DNA from: Thermoplasmatota archaeon
Lineage (GTDB): Archaea > Thermoplasmatota > Penumbrarchaeia > Penumbrarchaeales > EX4484-36
Assembly (NCBI GenBank): GCA_029932465.1
Contig: JAOZQA010000006.1
Coordinates: 1 to 57,243, forward strand
Direction of reading: 5' to 3'
Length of the DNA stretch: 57,243 nucleotides
The first letter of the stretch is position 1. Every line of letters begins with the position of its first letter. The notes below the pieces were generated by a model. It searched no databases, was not told the DNA's origin, and was given only the letters and a program-made list of their open reading frames with translations. Shown piece by piece: positions 36,964 to 45,700 of this stretch. A program made the position numbers and the translations under genes.

Positions 36964-39900
36964 TCATTCGAACTCTGCACCGCAGTAGGGGCAGTAGGGA
37001 GCAGTTACGGGAACCTGGGCGCCGCAAACGAAGCAGGTGGCCATCTCCTCTTCCTCAGCCTCCTCCTCCGGAGCTTCCTCTTCCTTCTCCGCCTCTTCCT
37101 CCTCGAGCTCTTCTTCCTCCTCTTCTTCGGCCTCCTCTTCCTCCATCTCCTCCCTCTCCTCAAGCTCCTCGAGCTCTTCTTCCCCCTCTTCCTTCTCCTC
37201 AATCTCCTCCTCCATCTCCCCAGGGCGCAGTATGGCGCCGCAGTTGGGGCACACCTTGGAATCTGCTGGGAGTATGGCGCCGCACTGGCCGCACTCAATC
37301 TCTTCGGTGGAGAATTCTATCCCGCAGTGGGGACACTTGATGGCGTCCCACGGCACCTCCTCGCCGCAGTTGGCGCACACGGGAAGCGCCTCCTTCTTCG
37401 CAACTACGAAGAGGAAGTAGAGAAGTAAGCCCACAAGGATCAGGATGACAGCCACAACGATCCATCCCCAGAGGGGGAAGCCTCCGGTCTCGGCGGCTTT
37501 GGCCTTGAGCTGTGTGTTCCAGTAGTTATTGCTCTCGGAGCTCTCCGGCCAGCGGTTCTCCGGGTCCACCCTAAGGACGAAGGTGTGCTTTCCGCTCTTT
37601 GAGGGCGTCCAGGTGAAAGTCACAACCCTTGTGCCGTTGGGAGGCAGGGTCACCGTTCTTCTGCCTATCACCTCCAGTACGCCGCCCTCTGGGGAGACTA
37701 AGAAGGTGACTTCCACCCCCTCTAATGTGGTGTTACCCGTGTTCCTCAAGATGAACCTGAACTCTGCGGACTTATCCTCCTTGAAGATGCCCGGCAGAAA
37801 CCACCTCTCAACAAATATGTCAGGCTTCGGGATGACCGTCAGGTTCGTCTGGAGGGTGTTGTTGATCTCGTTGAACTCCTTCTCGGCATTTTCCGGGTCC
37901 ACTGATACTATCAGTTGCACCTCCCCCTCTTCTGGGGCCTCCCAAAAGCCCGAGAGGGTAACGTTGGATGAACCCGGAAGCTCTTCTACATACCACCTCC
38001 ACACCACCTGTCTCTCCCCGGGGGAGGTTTCCGAGAGGAGCAGAACGGTGAGGTTGCCTGCAGCGACCCCCCCAGCGTTCTCCACGGTGACCTCCACAGT
38101 ATAGTTCCCGCCGGTGATGAGACCTTCCCCCTCTTCCATCAGCTGCTTCACCGGGGTGTATACGAGGGTGAGGTTTCTAGCGTAGAGCTCGGGGACGTCC
38201 TCAATGCCGTAAACCCAGAAGGTCGTGGAGTCCAGATTGTTATCCGGGTCCTCCTCGGTCCAGCTGTGGGGTTCAACCAGGGCGAAGACCTCGTAGTGGC
38301 CTCTGCTGGAGGGCTTCCAGTCGTAGAGTATGTTGGCCATCCCCCTTCCCGGCACCTCCCCGGTCCACACGAAACTTGCTATGACCTCATAATCCTCCGT
38401 ATGCACTGGGTCGCCTATTGTGAGAGTAACCTTCACCCCTGTTGCGGGAGTGTCCCCTGCGTTGTAGACGGTCAGGTTGATGGTGACGGTATTCCCAAGC
38501 CCCAGGGAGTTCACAACCACACTTCCCTGCTGGAAAGTGAGGGAGTCCTCTTTGAGCTCCAGGTCTGGGAGTGTCATCACATACACTCTTCTGGTCATAA
38601 TGTTGTTCTCCTCGTTCTCCTCCTTCACTGTGTTGTAGGCGTCAAGGAGAACGTAGAGGGTGTGATAGCCCCCGGGGAGAGCTGTCCAGTTCACTGAGAC
38701 CCTTACGTAGGAGCGCGCCTCGATCCTCTCCACGGTGATAGAGGGGATGGTCTGAGACCATTCAATGAGCTTTCCACCGTGTTGTGGGTCCCCGTCAAAG
38801 AACTGCACCACCACATCGTTGGCGGGAAGATCTCCGACGTTCCTCACTGTGGCAGTGACCTTCACAGTGCTCCCGTAGGGTATTGGCTCGGGGATGCTGA
38901 GGCTAATGTCCTGGGGGTCCATAGTGACATCCGGTCTTCTGACCACATTGAAGTTGTAGGAAAGGATATTGTTGTTCTCGTCGCTCTCTGTTATGTTGTT
39001 GTCTTGGTCTAGGAGAATGAAGAGCGTGTGAGGGCCGAAGCCCTGGGCAGTCCAGGTGGTTGTAAAGACCCTGTACTGCCCCGGTCCTATATCTCCGATG
39101 CTCTCCCCGATGAGGTTGTAGGAGCTGTCCATGTAGAAGCGAACCACCACCCCGTGGGCGGTGGTGCCCCCGGTATTCCAGACGGCGGCCATTATGGTGA
39201 CGGTGGTACCATTGGCCACGGGAAGGTCTGGGGAAAAGGAGACATCTGCCTCAGAGATCGTCAGGTCGGGAATGGTTCCCACGATAAGGTCGAAGGAGAT
39301 GACGTTGTTGGTGGTGTCCTCCTCGTGGACTGTGCCCTCTGGGTCAACTACTATGAGTATCGTGTGGGTGCCTAGGGTCTGGGGGGCTGTCCAGGAGGCA
39401 TATATGGTTATGCTCTCACCCCTTTTGAGAGATGCTACCTGCTGGGTGAAGAGCCTCTTCTCCTCGCTCACCTCACCATCGTATATCCCAACGGTGAAAT
39501 CCTCGGCCTCGGCCTCCCCTAGGTTCTTCACCTCGAAGTGGAGCGTTACAAGATCCCCCTGGCCTATGGGGTTATCAGAGGTTATCACAAGGGAGGTCTC
39601 CTCCACAACAAGCTCCGCCGGGCTTATGACCACGATGGAGCCCTCAGAGGCGCTGTTTAGGGGATTGAAGTCAAATTTGCTACTTACCTCCCCTTTGAAG
39701 AACAGCTCCCCTGTCGTCGCCGGGGTGTAGTTCAAGTATACGTCAACAGACCCCCCACTGGGTATGGGGTCCAATGTGAGGTTCTCTATGAGCACATCCC
39801 CTTCCTTATCCAGCCGGTAGAGCCTGAAGGTCACAGGGTTTAGCTCGGGGTCTGTATCTCCCAGGTTGTATATTACGAAGTGAAGCTGCCCCATCACCCC

Positions 39901-42516
39901 TTTGATCCACTCCTCTGGGGAGGTGACATACTCCACCATGTAGTCTGGACCCATGGAGACGTTCACTGTGTCCTTGTAGAGGTTGTTCTCCTCGTTGAGC
40001 TCCCTTACGGTATCATTACTGTCGGCGAAGGCGGTCACAACGTGCGGTCCAATCTCAGCGGTAAAGTTCCCGCTCAGGATGTACCACTCACCGGGGCCAA
40101 GGGTCAATTCCCGTTCGTCAAGCAGATCGCCGCCCACTTTAAGATAAGCCGTGAAGTTCCTAGCTGTGTACTCCCCTTGATTCGTTATATTGGCCCTGGC
40201 CACCACCAGGTTGGAGTGGACGAGGGCGTTCTCGAACCATACCCTCTCCACCTTCAGGTCCGGTGCACCGGGGAGAGATATGTTGATCTCAAGGCTGGAT
40301 ACCATCTGGATGCTGGTGCCCTGGGAGGTAGCCCTGCTGCTCGTCCCCTCGCTGTAGGAGACCTCTATGCGGTAATTCCCTGTGAAGGTCCTTGAGGTGG
40401 AGTTTAGCCTCTCGCTCTCAAGCCTCAGTAGCCCCACTCCACCGGGGCCGCATATCTCACTGGCGTAGAGATGCTGGGAGGAACCCCTCACCATATAGGC
40501 ATCAACCCGAGCTCCCTCGAGGGGATTCCCGGCGGAGTCGGAGACCCTCACCTTCAGGAAATAATACACGGTGACGGATGAAGAATCCTTGGGGAGGGGG
40601 AAGGAACCGCCCTCTCTGGAGGAGCAGTTGACGATGTCCCCTGTGGATGAGCCCCGAAGAATGGGGTATTTGGCGAAGGTGGTGTTGGAGACTGTCATTG
40701 CAACACCGTTCAGGTTCAGAGCGGTGGCGTTCACCGTGGCGCTCTCCGTGCGTATGGTGCCACCTCTCATGACTATTTTTCCACCAGCAAGCGTTGAACG
40801 GGTGGCCTGAAGGGTCACAGTCCCGGAGGAGTCTATACTTCCCTCAAGAGTGGTATCGTTGAGGGTGAGGCTGGAGGAACCCCTCATGGCGGTGTACCTC
40901 AGCTTCAGAAGGCTCCCATCAGTAGCGCTCAGTCCACTGGAGTTCATGAGATAGAGATATACCGCCCCACCCCTCTCCCCCTGGATGGTTGAGTTCCGTA
41001 GGGTTATTCTCCCGCTGCCCGAGACGAGGATGAAAGCCTCTCCCCCCTCCGAGAGGATCTCCAATGTGGTGTCGTTTATCACCAGTTCCCCGCCGCTCAC
41101 CACTATGTTTCCGCTGACCCCGTAGTAGGATGGGTAAAACTTGCCGTCCTTCACCATTGAGGTCCCTCTGATGCCCACCACTCCGCCGGTTACCCTAAGG
41201 CCCACACTGCTTCCGCTGAAGACGGAGGAGGTGAGCGGGTCCTGTAGCGCCCCGGGGATTGTCAGATTTACCACCCTTATGTTGTATTGCTCTCCCAGGG
41301 AGGGGTATGAGGAGAAGGAGACCCACATGGTGGAGGTGAGGGCCCCCCAGGTTCCCTCAATCCTGTATGATGTGGTGGAATGACTGTTGGGAAGGGAGGT
41401 GTGGTTTATGGTATCAGTCCTGACCACGAGGTATGCCCTTCCATCTCCCCCGGTTCTTCCGTAGGTTGTTCTGCTGACTCCAAGAGCCGCAAGCACTTCG
41501 TCCCTTGGGGGAGGGGATGCGCTTCCGTTCAGGGGATTCAAGGCCCTAAGAGTCACTCCTGAGAGGGGGAGGGAGACGGAGTCGTAACATGTGACGACCA
41601 CCAGCCTGTATATATGCGCCTCCGAGAAGTTGTCGGCTGTGTAGACGGCACTGGCCTGAGGGCGGTTGACCCCCGGGGTTAAGTATGTGTCGTTGAAGGT
41701 GACGTTGTAGAGGTAGGCTGTGGAGCCCTCGTCCAGATAAATGGTGTTGTGGAGGTAGGAGGAGGAGAGTGGCTCAAAATCCACGTCAATAAATGAATTT
41801 ATGGCCACGAGAGTGGAGTTCTTCAAAGTCATGTTGGCGGCTGTTAGGTTCTCCGGGAGCGTGGCGGTGAACTGAAGAGAGTCCCTGAACTCAGAATTGA
41901 GAAGCAGTATGAAGGAGTCTGAGGCGTCAAGGACTAGGGAGTCATCGTTTAAGTCCACATCGTCCGCTGTGCTGCCGTCACCGTTTATGTCAACCGCCGG
42001 GGGGTTTATGTCATTCACTGTGGAGTTCCTGATGAACAGTGAACCCCCATCCAGCGTTATGTTCCCCGGGCCGGAGAGCAGAGAGGATTCAAGGACCATC
42101 TCACCACTTGAATTCACTGTTATGTTGAGGGCGAAGTAGGGATTGATCTGATGTGTGCTGGTGGTCAATGTGGTATTGTAGAGGAGGAGCCTTCCCCCCT
42201 CCACCACGATGCTGTAGATGTGGTCATCTGAGGTGCCAAGGGTCCCGTCGTTGCCAGTGTCCTGGGTTACGCTGATGGTGCTATTCCTTATGGTCAGTGT
42301 GGCCCCCGGGCCCACGTAGATGTTGCCTCTCAGATAGTAGCCGGCGGACTCAAGCACCAATGAGGATCCCGCCGAAACCCTTATGTCCCCCACATAAGTG
42401 CTCAGCGCCTCGGCCTCACTGGGCCCCGGTCCTTTAGGATAGAAGGATAGGGCTGCCAGGAGGAGCAGAAGTGTGAGGATGACGGCCCCAAAAATCTTCA
42501 AAATGGCTCTCTTCAA
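36964..42516 (-). CDS. Giant surface protein: beta-helix region, about eight CARDB repeats, TM helix, cytoplasmic zinc ribbons and acidic linker
   Basis: Repeated PDL...NxG...DPxxxxxExxExNN modules, TM WGWIVVAVILILVGLLL, three pairs of CxxC knuckles, poly-Glu. Confidence 0.88.
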   Translation of the reverse strand: MKRAILKIFGAVILTLLLLLAALSFYPKGPGPSEAEALSTYVGDIRVSAGSSLVLESAGYYLRGNIYVGPGATLTIRNSTISVTQDTGNDGTLGTSDDHIYSIVVEGGRLLLYNTTLTTSTHQINPYFALNITVNSSGEMVLESSLLSGPGNITLDGGSLFIRNSTVNDINPPAVDINGDGSTADDVDLNDDSLVLDASDSFILLLNSEFRDSLQFTATLPENLTAANMTLKNSTLVAINSFIDVDFEPLSSSYLHNTIYLDEGSTAYLYNVTFNDTYLTPGVNRPQASAVYTADNFSEAHIYRLVVVTCYDSVSLPLSGVTLRALNPLNGSASPPPRDEVLAALGVSRTTYGRTGGDGRAYLVVRTDTINHTSLPNSHSTTSYRIEGTWGALTSTMWVSFSSYPSLGEQYNIRVVNLTIPGALQDPLTSSVFSGSSVGLRVTGGVVGIRGTSMVKDGKFYPSYYGVSGNIVVSGGELVINDTTLEILSEGGEAFILVSGSGRITLRNSTIQGERGGAVYLYLMNSSGLSATDGSLLKLRYTAMRGSSSLTLNDTTLEGSIDSSGTVTLQATRSTLAGGKIVMRGGTIRTESATVNATALNLNGVAMTVSNTTFAKYPILRGSSTGDIVNCSSREGGSFPLPKDSSSVTVYYFLKVRVSDSAGNPLEGARVDAYMVRGSSQHLYASEICGPGGVGLLRLESERLNSTSRTFTGNYRIEVSYSEGTSSRATSQGTSIQMVSSLEINISLPGAPDLKVERVWFENALVHSNLVVARANITNQGEYTARNFTAYLKVGGDLLDERELTLGPGEWYILSGNFTAEIGPHVVTAFADSNDTVRELNEENNLYKDTVNVSMGPDYMVEYVTSPEEWIKGVMGQLHFVIYNLGDTDPELNPVTFRLYRLDKEGDVLIENLTLDPIPSGGSVDVYLNYTPATTGELFFKGEVSSKFDFNPLNSASEGSIVVISPAELVVEETSLVITSDNPIGQGDLVTLHFEVKNLGEAEAEDFTVGIYDGEVSEEKRLFTQQVASLKRGESITIYASWTAPQTLGTHTILIVVDPEGTVHEEDTTNNVISFDLIVGTIPDLTISEADVSFSPDLPVANGTTVTIMAAVWNTGGTTAHGVVVRFYMDSSYNLIGESIGDIGPGQYRVFTTTWTAQGFGPHTLFILLDQDNNITESDENNNILSYNFNVVRRPDVTMDPQDISLSIPEPIPYGSTVKVTATVRNVGDLPANDVVVQFFDGDPQHGGKLIEWSQTIPSITVERIEARSYVRVSVNWTALPGGYHTLYVLLDAYNTVKEENEENNIMTRRVYVMTLPDLELKEDSLTFQQGSVVVNSLGLGNTVTINLTVYNAGDTPATGVKVTLTIGDPVHTEDYEVIASFVWTGEVPGRGMANILYDWKPSSRGHYEVFALVEPHSWTEEDPDNNLDSTTFWVYGIEDVPELYARNLTLVYTPVKQLMEEGEGLITGGNYTVEVTVENAGGVAAGNLTVLLLSETSPGERQVVWRWYVEELPGSSNVTLSGFWEAPEEGEVQLIVSVDPENAEKEFNEINNTLQTNLTVIPKPDIFVERWFLPGIFKEDKSAEFRFILRNTGNTTLEGVEVTFLVSPEGGVLEVIGRRTVTLPPNGTRVVTFTWTPSKSGKHTFVLRVDPENRWPESSESNNYWNTQLKAKAAETGGFPLWGWIVVAVILILVGLLLYFLFVVAKKEALPVCANCGEEVPWDAIKCPHCGIEFSTEEIECGQCGAILPADSKVCPNCGAILRPGEMEEEIEEKEEGEEELEELEEREEMEEEEAEEEEEEELEEEEAEKEEEAPEEEAEEEEMATCFVCGAQVPVTAPYCPYCGAEFE

Positions 42517-42711
42517 TCATATCACCTTACCTTTTCTTATCTAGGCCCCTGCAATGTAAGGGAGTTCACATATATATTTTGATAGCTTATTTTAACTTTA
42601 TCTCTAATTAAATCTTTTTGAGGGATATCCCCAAGACTCCCTTTTCACCCTAGGACAATCATCACTCTTAATAACCTCTGGTCTATATACAGAGAGATAT
42701 GGAGGGATAGC

Positions 42712-45700
42712 TTGAGGGCGAAGATAGTCTTCATCTGGATTCTGATCCCGCTTCTTTTGCCAGACCCCTTCATTCCCATTAACTCACACGGATTCGAGGG
42801 AGAGCTGGACAGGGAGGTCCCCCTCCACCCAGTCATTAACGAGGTCCTCCCCAACGCCCGAAAGGACTGGGACTCTAGCGGCGTGGGGGATTACACGGAC
42901 GAGTGGATAGAGCTTTACAACCCTACAGGGGTTGTACTAAACCTATCCGGGCTCATCCTCACGGACCGCTCTGGCTCTCCCATGTATCATCTTGAAGGAG
43001 ATCTGCCCCCGGGGGGCTACCTGACTCTTTTCAGAAGGGAGACGGGGATTGTTCTGGGAAGCACCGACGAGGTGAGGCTTCTCAGCGACAACGGGACGCT
43101 TCTTGATTCGGCCTCATTCAGCTTCACCTTCTACGATGTCTCCCTCGCCCGAAAGCCCGACGGTATAGGTGATTTCTACATTGAAGGGGAGCCTACCTGT
43201 GGGTCGCCCAATAACCCCCCACCCCATCTCATCATAAATGAGGTAATGGTAGACCCCCCCGGAACAAACACCGGGAACCAGTGGATTGAAATATACAACC
43301 CGGGACCTGACACTAACCTCACCGGGATGAAGCTCTCCAACTCTGAGGGCTTCTACTACTACCTCCCCTCCATCCACTTCCCCTCAGGTTCCTACGCGGT
43401 TGTCTATCTCAGAGAGGGGGAGGACACATCCACATTATACTGCCTCAAGCTCTACACCCCCCGGGAGTTCTATTTCTTCTCAAGCGGTGACAACCTCCTT
43501 CTTGAGACCTACCTGGGCCACCCTCTGGACTATGTGGCCTGGGGACGCTCCACCCATATAGACCCTCCCCCCACCTCTGAGGGAAGACTCCTCTGGAACG
43601 GCACCTACTACAACGAGAGCAGCTCCACATACGAGGGAGAGATGGAGAACCCCTCCCCGGCGGTGGGGAGGAGCCTCTCGAGGCTCCCCAGCGGCAGGGA
43701 TACGGACTCCCCGCTGGACTGGGAGGTTGTGGAGACAGAGAACATAACCGAGGGGTGGAACAACTCCGAGCCCCTAATCTTAGAGGTGGAGGCCCCCCAG
43801 GAGGTGATTGCTGAGCCGGGAAGGCTGGTTGCGAAAAAAATCACATTGATGAACCTAGGCCCCACCCGAATGACTGTCAACTTCACCCTCATAAGTCAGC
43901 CCCGGGGATGGTCTTTATCATTTATTACATCACATCAGCTGGAGCCCAGGGCCTACTATATAGAAACCCTGCTCATCTCACCCCCTTCAAAATCCGTGGG
44001 GGAGCCGTGCGGCCAGGCGGTGTACGAGGCACGGGAGATGCTCGGAAGGAAGGTATGGACCATCACTTTATATCTCACCCTCAACCTCTCTGACCTCTCC
44101 GTTGAGAGCATACACCTTGATCCCGACTACGGGGGGGAGTACTATCAGGGGGAGCTGATAGAGGTATCCTCAAAGGTCTACAACCGTGGCGTGAGAGAGG
44201 CTCAGGGGGTCTTCGTTAGGGGTTATGTGGAGTGGGAGGGGGGGAGGTGGCTCTTCATGGAAAGATACTACGACAGCCTCGGCCCCGGGAGGTATCGCAT
44301 ACCCTCCGGGGAGCTTGAGACCTACAATCTCAGCGGGGAGGTAAGGGTGGTGGTGGAGGCGGTTGCCACCCAGGGGGAGAGGGCGGAGCTGAACTCCACA
44401 AACAACAGGATGGAGAGGAACATAACCCTGATCCTCCCACCTCCTTTGGGAGAGCGGAGCAGGCTCCTCATAACTGAGGTCCTTGTAAACGTCTCCTTCT
44501 CCCAGCAGTACATAAAGATATACAACCCGGCGCCCACCTCTCTGAGTCTAGAGGGACTCCTCCTGGAGTGCTCTGGGGTGACCGCCGCCTTCCCTGAGGG
44601 GGCGAGGATCCCTGGCTTTGGGAACGTGACCGTGGCCTACGACGCTACAGAATATCGAAGGTCTCAAGGCCAGTGGCCGGATTTCTTCCAGAGGGAGGGT
44701 GAGATGGAGGTTCCCCCTTCTCGGAAGGGGGACAGGATGCTCACTGTCTACAACTACCTCAAAATGTATTCCGGCGGAGGGGAGCTGATACTCCGCACCC
44801 AGTATTACCAGAGAATAGACGTGGTTGTATGGGGTGGGGGAGAGGCGGTGAGAGGCTGGGATGGGGAGCCTGTTCCCCTACCTGTGAGAGGTTGGCCTCT
44901 GGGGAGGGTGGGTTGGCCCCCCCAAGACACCAACACATCGGCCGACTTCCTCCCGCCGCTGCCTGCGGCCAGGATTGTTGCAGTAGCCCCCCACGACCCT
45001 TCAGGGTACAGGGCGGAGTACGTTGTAATCAAGGCGGAATCGCCCATCTCCCTTCCCCTCCTTCTCTCTGATGGGGAGGGGGAGGTTGTGCTCTTCAGAG
45101 AGGGGTGGGAGGAGGGCTACTATGTGGAGACGCTCAACTGCACCTCATATGAGGCTCTCACGTCCTTAAAACCTCACTTCGCCCTTGAGGGATACGGGGA
45201 TGGGGTGACGAGGGCGGAGCTCTTGGGCGGCACATTTGCCCTCTCCAATTCTGGGGACAGCGTTGCACTGATGGACGCCTTCCACAGGAGGCTCTCCGAG
45301 GTGGTGTGGGGGGAGGGGGGTGTGGAGCCCCCTGGGAGCCTTGAAGCCCTCTATGTGGACGAGAGCGGAGAGGTGCTTGAAGGTTTTTCTGCCTCTACCC
45401 TCCCGTGGGCCTTCACGGGGGAGGGTGCCACGGCGGTCCTCACCATCAGAGAAGTGGAGTGGGGCCTGCCCCCGGGGACCTTAGAGGGGAGATCCATCAC
45501 GGTGCTCTCCAACCACCTCCTCGCCTGGAACATCTCCTTCATCCTTGAGGGCTCCTTCCAGGAGGTTACCGCGGTTGTTGATGGGGCTGCCCTTGAGTAT
45601 CTCACTCAAGAGGAGAGAACGAGGCTCTTCCGCAACCTCCTCGAGATTCAGGAGAGGGGGTGGGAGGTTTACATAAGGGAGGGAACAGAGCCCCCCTCCC

